64,000 nt of DNA from a candidate division WOR-3 bacterium. GTDB lineage: Bacteria > Hydrothermota > Tepidihabitantia > Tepidihabitantales > JAOUPE01. The position numbers and the translations under genes are program-made. The notes under the pieces are model-generated. The model had not been told where the DNA came from, searched no databases, and saw only the letters and a list, made by a program, of their open reading frames with translations. Positions 9,457 to 19,770 of this stretch are shown here, piece by piece. Where the stretch lies: NCBI GenBank assembly GCA_039801565.1, contig JBDRUX010000001.1:62577-126576 (forward strand). Reading direction: 5' to 3'. Each line of letters opens with the position of its first letter. Position 1 is the first letter of the stretch.

Positions 9457-10338
9457 TTAGAATTCTATAAATTTTTGTCCAAAAGTCAATCCACCCGAGT
9501 AAATCAAGTTGCTATTTTTCTTATCTTCACAATGAGAAAGGTCATCTTAAAATGAAGATTTGTATTTTGTGCGTGGTCAATAATTGAGTATCCAAGGTGA
9601 TTAATCATCTTTTGAGGACCGCTCTTTGACAATTTGGTTTGTGTCTAATAAACCACTGCAACTCGTTAAAAAACTCCAACATCTTAACTTTCAATCAAAG
9701 GAGCAAAGCCCCTTTAAAACTCCAATTCTTTTCTTAAATCCGAGGAGATGAGGGGTTTCCCCTCATCCACAAACTTGAAAGTTATCATTAGAATCAAAAG
9801 CAATATCGCCTATGACTTTCTTTACCTTCACATTGGGATGGAGTTACTTAAATATTGAGTAATCACCGAAGAAAATTGCTGAGTCTTGGATTCGTTACCT
9901 GAAACTACTTCGACGGCGATAGGAAATGAGGAGGCTTTTACGCTAACCAAAATGAATCCCTTCATCACTATGAGCTCAATATGATTGGTTTTGGTTAGGG
10001 CAAAGATTTAAGTGACGAAGCTGTGGAAGAGTCGAAAGATTTTATCGTCTTTGCGGAGGTTCTTTTCGATAAAGAAAGTATTAGGTATGGGCAGGGGTTT
10101 TGAAATGTCTCACAGAAAATGAGAAAAAAGTGACAGACAAATCGGCGAAGCCGATTTAGAAAGAGAAAAAGAAAATTCCTTAAGAATTCGTTTCTTCTTT
10201 TAAACTTATTATACTCATTTAAATTTCCACGACTAATAGGGGACTACCAGAGCTAGTGGCTTATTTTATAATCTTTCATAAAGTTTTTGACAGTACCTTT
10301 AATTTGATAAAATCCGGCAAGCTTAATACAAACGAAAT

Positions 10339-10372
10339 CCCCTGCTTCCCGCCCGGAGCGGAAAGCAGGGGT
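10339..10372 (-). terminator. Hairpin downstream of the repeat-peptide gene
   Basis: cccctgcttcccgc-ccgga-gcggaaagcagggg stem. Confidence 0.55.
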
Positions 10373-10442
10373 AAAGGATGGCTCCTGCTTATGCCTTCGA
10401 TTTATTCATTAGCGAAAAGCAGATAGTGCGCCAACTTTAGCT

Positions 10443-10724
10443 TCAAGTGCTAATAGTCGGTGGAACCGGTTTCGGTGGCTGAGGAATACCATCCGGTGGC
10501 ACCGGCTTCGGTGGTTGCGGAATACCATCAGCAAAAATCAGAGGAGGTACGGGTTTAGGAGGTTGGGGAATACCATCGGTGTAAAGCCCCGGTGGAACCG
10601 GTTTCGGTGGCTGAGGAATACCATCCGGTGGCACCGGCTTCGGTGGTTGCGGAATACCATCAGCAATCACTGCGAAGACAGTGATCAGGAGCACAATCCA
10701 TAAAAGCGCGGTAGTATGTCGCAC
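10443..10724 (-). CDS. Secreted multicore peptide precursor, 93 aa: signal peptide + 5 x DGIPQPPKPVPP
   Basis: SD AAAGGAGG before GTG at 10724; Sec-type signal ending FAVIA; the cores are identical in protein but differ at synonymous codon positions. Confidence 0.85.
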   Translation of the reverse strand: MRHTTALLWIVLLITVFAVIADGIPQPPKPVPPDGIPQPPKPVPPGLYTDGIPQPPKPVPPLIFADGIPQPPKPVPPDGIPQPPKPVPPTIST

Positions 10725-10911
10725 AGAGCCTCCTTTCTTGGGCATACGCCCATTATTATTAATATCATTTCTAATTCCACCCGGTACTAATTTATAAGAT
10801 GTTAATATTACAATTCTTAAAAAAATAATGCAAATTTTTTAATTCTAACAATGAAAATAAAATTGTCGCACCGCTCAAAAAGTTTTATAAGTTTTGTATT
10901 ATCAGTTAATT

Positions 10912-13900
10912 TTAAGAACTCTGGAAGTCTTCTTTATTGATATTATAACGTCGGAGCAATCGTTGAATTTGTCGCCGATGGGTGGAGAGCATTTGAGCAG
11001 CACGACTCACATTGCCTTGGGTGGCTTTGAGTGCTTCAATTACTTGTTCCCTCTCCAAACTTTTCTTTTGACCTTTCTCAATTTTCATCGTCTTTGCAAA
11101 ATTAACAATTTTCGGACCGAGATTTTCTAAACTGATTTTTCGCTTTTGCGCCATTATCACTGCTCGTTCGATTACATTTTGCAGTTCTCGGACATTACCT
11201 GGCCAGGGATATTCGGTAAGAATTTGGGGAATGTTATCTTCAAAACCCAGAATCGGCTTATTGAGTTGTTTCGCATACCGTTTTAAAAAATATCCGGCTA
11301 ATAGCATAATATCGCTTTTCCGCTCTCTTAACGGTGGCACCTGAATTGTTACAACATTCAAGCGATAATAAAGGTCTTCGCGAAACCGATTAGCTTTAAC
11401 TTCTTCTTCAAGATTTTTGTTAGTGGCACAAATCAGTCGCACATCTACTCTTCTCGGTTCAGTTTCTCCCACCCGTCGAATAATCTTGTCCTCCAAGACC
11501 TCTAAAAGTTTTGCTTGGATACTTAATGAGGTATTGGCAATCTCATCCATAAAAATTGTACCATGTTCAGCAATTTCGAATAAGCCTTCTTTGTCCCGAA
11601 TCGCTCCGGTAAAAGCACCTTTGCAATGCCCAAATAGTTCGGATTCAAATAGTGTTTCAGGCAATGTGCCGCAGTTGATTGAAACAAATTTGTTGGCACG
11701 TCGGTTACTATTGGCATGAATTAATCGAGCTAATACCCCTTTACCTGAACCAGTCTCACCTAATAATAGCACAGTACAATCAGTTGGAGCTATCTGTTCG
11801 ATTATCGAATAGACATCCTTTATCGCTTTAGAACGTCCTAAAAAATAGCCAGTTACCGCATCGGTCAAAATATCCTCCCGCAGCGCGGAAAAATCCTCTT
11901 GCATCTTCTTGAAAGCAAAAGAGCGGTCAATAGTGGCAGCAAGAAGATTGGCTACCGAGATGAGTAAATTTTTGTCTTCTTCGACAAACACATTGGGATT
12001 GATTCGGGAATCAAGATAAATTGTCCCGATAACTTTATCATCAATCCGCAATGGTACACAGACTAAAGAACGAATTTTATTTAATACCACACTATTAGAA
12101 TTAACAAACCTTGGGTCCGATAAAGCATCAGCGCAAATTATCGGTTCCGCACGTTTTTTAACCTGACGAATCACAGTTCGCGAAATTGTATGTGCATCTT
12201 CTAAAGTGGTGTGGTCAACATTACGCGCCGCCACCGGGAATAACTTATCCCCTTGAATTAAGAAAAGAAGACCGCGCTCGGCCTGGGTTACATCAATGAT
12301 TAAATCTAATAACCGGTCAGCAAAATCCTCTTTCTCTAAGTCAAGATTAATTAATTCACTTAATTCATAGAAGACTTTTAAATATTCGCCACGCTCCCGC
12401 CCTTTTAATTTATGGGTTGCTTCAAGTTGACTAATATGATTTAACATATATCTCACCCTTTCTTGTTCAACTTTCGCTCCTAAACTTGTAAAAATTGTCT
12501 CAGCCTCTTTTAAATCATCCAATACCCGGGTAAGTTCCTGTTCCGATAATGGCTTGTAAGTAATTGGTAGGGGCTCGCCTTGGTTATAAGTTTTAGGTGC
12601 AGTAAGAAGTAACAGGCTTGCCTGGGCTTGGTAATAAAGCGATTTTGCCATTTCATATTTTGCACCTAAGCTCCGAAGAATCTCAATACTTCGATTCAAT
12701 TCTTCTTTCCCATCATCCGTAAAACCAAGGGCATGTTTAGCTAATCCTCGCCACCGTAATAAAAGGGAGTATAGTCTCGGATTAGCATTATATGCTTGAC
12801 CTTCTGCTGCTGGTAAAGTTAATAAATTCTGAGCTCGTTCACAGGTGGTTAAACACTTAGACCAATCGGCTTCAGCCGCCCGTATCCCAGCTGCAGTTAA
12901 AAGCATTTCAATCAATTTCTGTTTATTTCCTTTCGCATAAATTCTTTGCACATTAAGGGCAAGGGCAAGAGATTTAATTGCTGAATCTACTTGATCGCGC
13001 ATCAAGTGTAATTTCGCCCAAGCTAAGTAAATTTGACCCAAAATTTGTTGATTTTTGTTCTGTTTGGTCAAATTTTCTGCTTCTTTAAGCAAAGGTTCAG
13101 CATCAATGAAGTCGCCTTTTTTCGTAAATAGATTAGCCAGATTAATTAGTCCGATGACCAACCCATTATCGTCCCTAATATTTTGCCGAATTTCGATATC
13201 CTTTTGGTAATAAGCGGTTGCTTTTTGCCAGTCCCCCATCTCTTCTAAGATAATACCTAGGTTACACAATGTATCACCCAATCCGGCTGAATCACCAATT
13301 TTTTCGCAGAGTTCTTTTGCTTCTTTAAAATATTCTAAGGCTTGATGCCAATCGCCAGTTTCAAAATCAACCAAACCAAGACCCTGAATGGTACGAATCC
13401 GAAAGTAAACATCGCTCAATTCCCAAAGTGGTGAGGATAGGATGGAAGAATAAGTTTCTTTTGCCTTATTTAATTCCCCTTTCTGCCAGTAGATTGTCGC
13501 TAAGAACTGACCAATTTTTCCCCGGAGATTGGACTTGGAAGAAATCCAGTTTGATTCTACTTCTTCTCGCGCAGGGGCTGGTTTCTCATATAATGCAAGA
13601 CCACGATTCGCATATTCTAAGGCCAAATCAATCTCCCCTTTATACCAGGCAAGGGCACTCATTCCATAAAGAGTTCGTGCCTTTAGGTCAACCAACGATT
13701 CGGAATTTTTTAAATCAATCGTTTTTAAGGCTAAAGAATAAAACTCCTCGGCTTTCTTAAAATCACCTTTAGCGGTTAACGACCAGCCGATGTCATTCCA
13801 AAGGGTTATTGTTCCAACTGCGTCTTTTTCTTTAAGGGTGGTGAGTGCTTGTTTGAAATAACTGATTGATTCATCTACTTTACCTTGTTTCTGATAGATT

Positions 13901-16254
13901 AGTCCTAATCGGCGCAAAACACTGGCTAATAGCGAAACATAGTTGGGTTCTCTTCTTAAGGTATTGTCGGAAAAGAGAATACCCAGTCCTTGAGTATAAA
14001 TGTCAATGGCATCGGCAAAGCGTCCCGTGATTTCCCGCAAGCGCCCAACAGCTTCAATTAACTCAATCCGTTCTCGGGCTGATACAAAGTTGGATGATAA
14101 GGCAAGCGCAGTTTCATAAAAACCAAGTGCCAATTCTGTCAGATTTAATCTTTTTGCTTTGGCTCCTGCCTCACGACAATAGTTAAAAGCTCGATCTTTT
14201 ATCCCAGCCTGGGTGTAGTGGTGAGCTAAATCAAAAAGGTAACGATCTTGTTCCCGCGGGTAAAGCAATTCGATTGCCAGGGCAACTGAGCGATGATAAT
14301 CCCGTCTTTCTTGCACACTAATTCCTTCGGTAATAATCGCTTCTAAGGTCTTGGAGGATAAGACAAAACCATCCGAATCGGGTAGGGGGCGCAGTAAATT
14401 AATCGCCCGTAACCTTGAAAAAATTGAATAGAGGAGATGTTCCTCATAACCTAAAACCGCACGAACAAAATCAACTGTGAAAGGAGTTCCAGTAATCGCT
14501 CCCACCTTTAAAACTTCTAATTCTTCTCGAGTGAGAGTACTCAGTCGTTCTTTAATCAGCGAGTAGACAGTGTCTGGTAATTTGAAATCGCCTGATGTCA
14601 ATCGGTTACGGTCTAATCTCCAACGACCGTATTCCAATTGAATGACCTTGCTGGCCAAAAGGGAATAAAGCGATTCAATCACAAATAGTGGATTACCGCC
14701 GGTACTGGCAAAAAGCCAGGTGCTCAACTCGGCGCTTGATGGATGAGGACCAAGAATTGCTTCCACTAAAAGTTGAGTCTCCTCTTGAGTTAGTGGACCA
14801 AGCGTAATGTGTTGAAAAAATTCTTTTCCCAAAAATTCTTTACTGAGTTCTAAAATTCTCCGCTCATTCAAACTGCTCACCACCACAAAAATTTTCTCCT
14901 TCTCAATGCTAAATCCTAAGAATCGGAGAAATTCGAGACTCATTGAATCAAATAATTCAAAATTATCAATCAGCAATAAAAGGCTGTGTTCAACCTTTGA
15001 TGAATTAGCTAACGCTTTGAGCTTTTTTATTATTTCTTCAAATAATTCATATTTTGTTGCCTCGTCTTCCTGCTTTGCTACAATGTTTTTGATATCTTTA
15101 CCATCATAAATTGATAAATTAGCTAAAATGTCTTCAATTAAAGATGGGGGGCGAGCACCTAATGCAGTATGAGCCGATTGTAAAATTGAAACACCTTCTA
15201 ATTTAGCGAGAAATTTAAATTCTTGTAAAAGCCTACTTTTACCCACGCCGCGTTCCCCGGTGATAAAAACTAATTGTCCATTTGAACCTTTGGCTGATTC
15301 TAACCGGTTTCTAAGAACGTTTAACTCATTTTCTCGGCCAATAAAACTCGAAGCTTGAAGAGAAAAAACACCTTCTCCGCTTCGCCGAATGCCAATAGTC
15401 GGTATTTTTTCCTTTAAAGATTCTGGTATTATATCACTTATCGTCTCGATAACTTCTAAGGCAGAAATTGGACGCCGAAAAGCATCCCGTGCGAGTAAAC
15501 GCATACAAAGGTTAGAAAACTTCTCGGGGATTTTGCTATCAATCTCACTTGGTGGCGCGAAGTTGGAATAATATTGAGTCCGTAGCCAATTCCGTAAATC
15601 TGTTTCGGTTGACGGTCCCCGACCGGTTAGGATTTCATAAATTACCATACCTAATGAGTATAGGTCAGCCCGACCATCCGCTTCGGTTCCCTTAAAAATT
15701 TCTGGTGCAATGTAACCAAGTGTTCCGCGTGGTATCTGATTGGAAGAAGAGAAATAATTAGCAAACCCAAAATCTAATAATTTGGCTCTTGCCTTGTTAC
15801 CGGTGTCAGAGTCGATCGCCGTATTGACCAGGATATTCTGAGGTTTCAAATCACAATGAATTAATCCCTGGCTGTGAATAGTATCTAAGGCATACAATAT
15901 CTCAATCAACACTAATAATAAATCTTCGGAATATCCTTTAAAAAATTTGTTAATCGGCGCACCTGGAAAATATTCCATTGTAAAGAATGGCTTTCTTTCA
16001 GTTATCCCAAAATCGAAAGGTGCGACAATATTCGGATGATTAAAGCGACTGAGCATGAAAAATTCTTGATTTAATTGATTCTCAATTTCTTTTGTCGCAG
16101 GTTCTCGGGAGATTTTTAGGGCTACGATGCGGGCACCAACCAAATCCTTTGTTTTGTAAACCTCAGTTATTTCACCACCACCCAGATAATCTAAAACCTG
16201 ATAACGGCCGGCAATTAAACTGCCGGTTTTAAAAGCACCCTCTTTTTGATTCAT
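10912..16254 (-). CDS. Ser/Thr kinase - STAND/AAA ATPase - TPR - GAF - sigma54 activator - Fis HTH fusion (1780 aa)
   Basis: Kinase motifs VALK, IHCDLKPQN, DFG, GTLGYIAPE; GERGVGKS; TPR array; GAF (RSLVCVPL...GTIYLD); GETGSGKG, ESELFGHCKGAFTGA, RFREDLYYRLN; GNVSRAAQML. Confidence 0.93.
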   Translation of the reverse strand: MNQKEGAFKTGSLIAGRYQVLDYLGGGEITEVYKTKDLVGARIVALKISREPATKEIENQLNQEFFMLSRFNHPNIVAPFDFGITERKPFFTMEYFPGAPINKFFKGYSEDLLLVLIEILYALDTIHSQGLIHCDLKPQNILVNTAIDSDTGNKARAKLLDFGFANYFSSSNQIPRGTLGYIAPEIFKGTEADGRADLYSLGMVIYEILTGRGPSTETDLRNWLRTQYYSNFAPPSEIDSKIPEKFSNLCMRLLARDAFRRPISALEVIETISDIIPESLKEKIPTIGIRRSGEGVFSLQASSFIGRENELNVLRNRLESAKGSNGQLVFITGERGVGKSRLLQEFKFLAKLEGVSILQSAHTALGARPPSLIEDILANLSIYDGKDIKNIVAKQEDEATKYELFEEIIKKLKALANSSKVEHSLLLLIDNFELFDSMSLEFLRFLGFSIEKEKIFVVVSSLNERRILELSKEFLGKEFFQHITLGPLTQEETQLLVEAILGPHPSSAELSTWLFASTGGNPLFVIESLYSLLASKVIQLEYGRWRLDRNRLTSGDFKLPDTVYSLIKERLSTLTREELEVLKVGAITGTPFTVDFVRAVLGYEEHLLYSIFSRLRAINLLRPLPDSDGFVLSSKTLEAIITEGISVQERRDYHRSVALAIELLYPREQDRYLFDLAHHYTQAGIKDRAFNYCREAGAKAKRLNLTELALGFYETALALSSNFVSARERIELIEAVGRLREITGRFADAIDIYTQGLGILFSDNTLRREPNYVSLLASVLRRLGLIYQKQGKVDESISYFKQALTTLKEKDAVGTITLWNDIGWSLTAKGDFKKAEEFYSLALKTIDLKNSESLVDLKARTLYGMSALAWYKGEIDLALEYANRGLALYEKPAPAREEVESNWISSKSNLRGKIGQFLATIYWQKGELNKAKETYSSILSSPLWELSDVYFRIRTIQGLGLVDFETGDWHQALEYFKEAKELCEKIGDSAGLGDTLCNLGIILEEMGDWQKATAYYQKDIEIRQNIRDDNGLVIGLINLANLFTKKGDFIDAEPLLKEAENLTKQNKNQQILGQIYLAWAKLHLMRDQVDSAIKSLALALNVQRIYAKGNKQKLIEMLLTAAGIRAAEADWSKCLTTCERAQNLLTLPAAEGQAYNANPRLYSLLLRWRGLAKHALGFTDDGKEELNRSIEILRSLGAKYEMAKSLYYQAQASLLLLTAPKTYNQGEPLPITYKPLSEQELTRVLDDLKEAETIFTSLGAKVEQERVRYMLNHISQLEATHKLKGRERGEYLKVFYELSELINLDLEKEDFADRLLDLIIDVTQAERGLLFLIQGDKLFPVAARNVDHTTLEDAHTISRTVIRQVKKRAEPIICADALSDPRFVNSNSVVLNKIRSLVCVPLRIDDKVIGTIYLDSRINPNVFVEEDKNLLISVANLLAATIDRSFAFKKMQEDFSALREDILTDAVTGYFLGRSKAIKDVYSIIEQIAPTDCTVLLLGETGSGKGVLARLIHANSNRRANKFVSINCGTLPETLFESELFGHCKGAFTGAIRDKEGLFEIAEHGTIFMDEIANTSLSIQAKLLEVLEDKIIRRVGETEPRRVDVRLICATNKNLEEEVKANRFREDLYYRLNVVTIQVPPLRERKSDIMLLAGYFLKRYAKQLNKPILGFEDNIPQILTEYPWPGNVRELQNVIERAVIMAQKRKISLENLGPKIVNFAKTMKIEKGQKKSLEREQVIEALKATQGNVSRAAQMLSTHRRQIQRLLRRYNINKEDFQSS

Positions 16255-16298
16255 TCAATAAAATTATACTAAAAATTTTATATTTGTCAACAATAAAG

Positions 16299-16318
16299 TG
16301 CGACAGATGTTTGTCGCA
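16299..16318. promoter_or_regulatory. Palindromic operator/UAS upstream of the kinase-bEBP gene
   Basis: TGCGACA-N6-TGTCGCA just upstream of a TTGACA-N16-TATAAT promoter; half-site TGTCGCA also at 10864-10870. Confidence 0.55.
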
Positions 16319-16383
16319 TTTAGAAATGCTATGTTTTATCAATTTAAATAGTTAAAATAATCTATGTAGGGGAGAATATAGAA

Positions 16384-16457
16384 TGGGCCGTGCAGGACTC
16401 GAACCTGCGGCCACCGGATTAAAAATCAGGTGCTCTACCAGCCTGAGCTAACGGCCC
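16384..16457 (-). tRNA. tRNA-Lys(UUU)
   Basis: GGGCCGTTAGCTCAGGCTGGTAGAGCACCTGA-TTTTTAA-TCCGGTGGCCGCAGGTTCGAGTCCTGCACGGCCCA cloverleaf; one U-C mismatch in the anticodon stem; CCA not encoded. Confidence 0.9.
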
Positions 16458-16547
16458 ATTGAGATTTTTTATATAGATTTTACTCAGGTTAAAACTTGCA
16501 CTCATTTTACTGAAAAGTTATTTTATTGTCAATAATAAACATCCCCC

Positions 16548-17795
16548 TTAACTTTTTGTTAATGCCTGGTCTAAATCTTTAATAATATCATTAACATTTT
16601 CAATACCTACCGAGAGTCGTACCAAATCGTCGGTAATCCCCGCAGCGATGCGATCTTTAGGGCTAAGGTGAAAGTGGGTCATTGAGGCTGGGTGTTCGAT
16701 AAGGGTCTCGACACCCCCTAAGCTTACTGCAAGAGTGCAGAGTTGAACGTTATTCATTAGGGATTTGGCAGCTTTAAAACCACCTTTTAGACCAAAGCTT
16801 ATCATCCCGCCGCCTGCCTTCATTTGTTTTTTTGCAACCGAATGATGGGGATGGCTTTTAAGCCAGGGGTAGCGAACCCATTTCACCTTGGGATGGTCTT
16901 GAAGATAATTAGCGACTTTTAAAGCGTTAAAAGAATGACGCTCCATCCTTAATGCCAAGGTTTTGATTCCACGATGCACTAAGAAGGCTTGCAGAGGGTC
17001 AATAATGCCACCGGTGTCATTTAAGACGGTTCGTAACTTATCGAATAGGCCTTGGTCTTTTACGACAATCATTCCAGCCACAACATCAGCGTGGCCGTTA
17101 AGATATTTGGTCATACTGTGAATTACAATGTCAGCACCTAATTCTAAGGGTTTTTGGATGATTGGAGAACAGAATGTATTATCCACTACCAAAATAATTT
17201 TATTGGAGGAGTTTGAGGCTAATCGAGCGATTGCTGAAATATCGGAAATCGCTAAGGTCGGGTTAGCAGGTGTCTCGAGGAAGATGAGTCTGGTGTTTGA
17301 CTTTATAGCATTTTGACACTCTTTTAAAGAAGAGGTGTCTACGGGTGATATCTCAACACCGAATTTGGTTAGGATATTTTTTAAAAGACTTGTAGTGGCA
17401 CCATAGAGGACGTTACCGCAAATTACGTGGTCGCCTTGGCTTAGCAGTGTCTGAAAAACTGTGTTGATTGCAGCCATACCGCTGGCACAAGCTAATGCGC
17501 CGACCCCATTTTCTAAACTGGCAACACAGTCTTCAAGGGTCTTGATCGTTGGGTTGCCGAGTCGGGTATAGATATAACCTTTTTGGGTACCTTGAAAGAT
17601 TTTTACCCCTTGGTTAACATTTTTGAATCGAAAGGTTGATACTTGATAGATAGGTGGCACTACCGCACCATATGCGTCCTGCATCCCACCGGCGTGAACA
17701 GTTAAAGTATCAATAGCGAGCTTGGAAATTTTGTTGCAATTTGGTTTATGGTGTTTGATTGTACGGATTTTGTTGGTTTTAGGCTTTTTTTTCAT
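16548..17795 (-). CDS. Cys/Met metabolism PLP enzyme (methionine/cystathionine gamma-lyase family)
   Basis: YTRLGNPT, SGMAAI, ETPANP, DNTF, HSMTKYLNGH, SLGGVETL, RLSVGIE. Confidence 0.93.
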   Translation of the reverse strand: MKKKPKTNKIRTIKHHKPNCNKISKLAIDTLTVHAGGMQDAYGAVVPPIYQVSTFRFKNVNQGVKIFQGTQKGYIYTRLGNPTIKTLEDCVASLENGVGALACASGMAAINTVFQTLLSQGDHVICGNVLYGATTSLLKNILTKFGVEISPVDTSSLKECQNAIKSNTRLIFLETPANPTLAISDISAIARLASNSSNKIILVVDNTFCSPIIQKPLELGADIVIHSMTKYLNGHADVVAGMIVVKDQGLFDKLRTVLNDTGGIIDPLQAFLVHRGIKTLALRMERHSFNALKVANYLQDHPKVKWVRYPWLKSHPHHSVAKKQMKAGGGMISFGLKGGFKAAKSLMNNVQLCTLAVSLGGVETLIEHPASMTHFHLSPKDRIAAGITDDLVRLSVGIENVNDIIKDLDQALTKS

Positions 17796-17872
17796 CTGAG
17801 AATTATAAAGGTTAAATTTTATTGAGTCAAGGTCTGGATTTAGCTGTTAAATATTGGTCATTTGTTGTTGGA

Positions 17873-19750
17873 CTAAAAACTAATTCGGATGGTTTGGTTC
17901 GGTTTAATTTTTTTTATTAATATAGTATAACTTTGATTACCTTCATCATAATACCAATTTAATGATTGCTCATCGGGAGATTTGAAAAAGTTCAAGTGGT
18001 TCGAGGTAAAAACTTGAAGGGCGATATCGGTGGATATACTACCGCTGTGATTGGTTAGGATTAAATTGAACCGTGGAGTATCCGATGATAGGTTCAAGGG
18101 TTCAAGAGATTTAAGAGATTCAAGGGTAAGTTCTAAGTTTAAGAGGTTATGCCACCATTGGACAAATTCCTGTCCAGTAGTAAGCCAAGTCTTCTTATTT
18201 TTAATGTAATCAATCAGTTCGGCGATAATCGGATAATAGGTTGGGTTGGCCAGAATCTGAGTATGATAGACGAGAAGGTAGTAACTGCCCAAGTCATAGA
18301 GGCGTTCGAACTCTTCTTTCAACTCCTGTAGAACTGCCTGAGGATTTTGCATCGAATCTCGAAAAAAGATATCGTAATCGTCGCGGTTTGGCTTAGCAAT
18401 AATCATAAAATCATTATAATTGCTTCTTGAAATCTTGGGGGCCAAGTAATTTCCTTCGGCTATCGCTTCTAATAAATATTTCAGACCAATTTTATTAAGG
18501 GCTCGAATCGTATTAAAATCGTAACTGCCATAGGGTGGTCGAAACCCAACAATTTTTTGACGGCTGATTTTTTCTAAACACCGCTTGGCTTGGGCTAATT
18601 TTTTTAATTGCAACTCGTAAGATAGACCTGCTGGCTCGGTGTGGTGGTCGCCGTGCAATCCAATTTCGCCATTTTGCACCATCATTTTCACAAAAGAGGC
18701 TCTGGATTTAGCTAAACTGGCAAGAAGAAAAAAAGAACCCTTAACATTTTTAGCTTCGAGGATTTTTATTACATTTTGGACATTGTCAAAATCTTGTTCG
18801 ATGTCGCCACAGATGATTGCGCAAGCTCGATAATCAAAGGGCCAGGGTTTTATTTGGACTAATGGGTTTTTCGTTACCCATAGTAATGCATTGGTGAACA
18901 GTTTTTGTGCAAAAATTTGACTTTGGTTATCGCCAGTAATCAAATTTTTGTTGAAGCCAAACCAGACGAACCTTCCATTGGCATAGTAACCGTGACATAG
19001 GGCGACACTATTTTTAAAATCCTTGGCTGTACCACCAAAATCAATCGGCGGATTACACCAGTATCCATCGGGAATAGTCCGGGTTTCGATTATTCGGGCT
19101 CGAATCCGTCCAAAACCGGTTGTACCAATTTTAGCACCTAAAGGAAGTCCGATGCTTAAAGGTGAATTGGATTTGATAGTTAAGGGAAAATATTCCGGAT
19201 GAATTTCAGTGATTTTAGTAATACCGATGATACGATTGAGAAGGGAAATTTTTCGAACCCTACCTTTTTCATCCATTGCTCCACAATCACCAAACGCTAT
19301 CAATCCGCCGCCACGCTCTAAGAATTCGGTTATAGACTCAATTGCCGCCTCGGAAAGTTGAGAAATTCCCGGTAAGATTAAAACAGTGAAATCATTAAGT
19401 CTTTGGTTAAGGGCAAAAACATTTAATGTGCTAACTTGAACATTCTGGTTAGAGGAAAAATCGAGCCAGTCGGATAGATTAGCCATTGCGTTCGTATCTT
19501 CAACATTCGGAAGTAAAATACCAATCCGGGCTGTAATTGATGGTAAATTAACTTTTGGCATAGCCGGTAGAATGGTTTGGTTTTGCTCGGAGAGAGTATC
19601 GGTTTTCGTTTCTGGGATTTTTCTGCCACCGGCAAAAATGGCATTGAGCTCGCCGCGAACAAGTAAAAGCGTAAAGTAATATGCCAAAAAACTGCAGGAT
19701 AGAATAAAAGCACCTAAGATAAAAATGGTTAATAAGTTAATTTTTCGCAT
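17873..19750 (-). CDS. Polysaccharide deacetylase (NodB-type) with N-terminal GATase-like domain
   Basis: N-terminal TM; EIGLHGDHH, GFRPPYG, LVYHT motifs. Confidence 0.8.
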   Translation of the reverse strand: MRKINLLTIFILGAFILSCSFLAYYFTLLLVRGELNAIFAGGRKIPETKTDTLSEQNQTILPAMPKVNLPSITARIGILLPNVEDTNAMANLSDWLDFSSNQNVQVSTLNVFALNQRLNDFTVLILPGISQLSEAAIESITEFLERGGGLIAFGDCGAMDEKGRVRKISLLNRIIGITKITEIHPEYFPLTIKSNSPLSIGLPLGAKIGTTGFGRIRARIIETRTIPDGYWCNPPIDFGGTAKDFKNSVALCHGYYANGRFVWFGFNKNLITGDNQSQIFAQKLFTNALLWVTKNPLVQIKPWPFDYRACAIICGDIEQDFDNVQNVIKILEAKNVKGSFFLLASLAKSRASFVKMMVQNGEIGLHGDHHTEPAGLSYELQLKKLAQAKRCLEKISRQKIVGFRPPYGSYDFNTIRALNKIGLKYLLEAIAEGNYLAPKISRSNYNDFMIIAKPNRDDYDIFFRDSMQNPQAVLQELKEEFERLYDLGSYYLLVYHTQILANPTYYPIIAELIDYIKNKKTWLTTGQEFVQWWHNLLNLELTLESLKSLEPLNLSSDTPRFNLILTNHSGSISTDIALQVFTSNHLNFFKSPDEQSLNWYYDEGNQSYTILIKKIKPNQTIRISF

Positions 19751-19770
19751 CGGTTATCTTATTAATATTT

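Noticed and set aside
9500..10300. ORF-free gap with hairpin GATGAGGGG-TTT-CCCCTCATC (~9748-9768) and gene-like fragments
   Set aside because: Could not assign any family; probably decayed sequence with a REP-like hairpin
10455..10662. 36-bp direct repeats resembling a CRISPR array
   Set aside because: Repeats abut or are separated by only 12 nt, vary only at synonymous sites, and no cas genes are present; they are coding repeats
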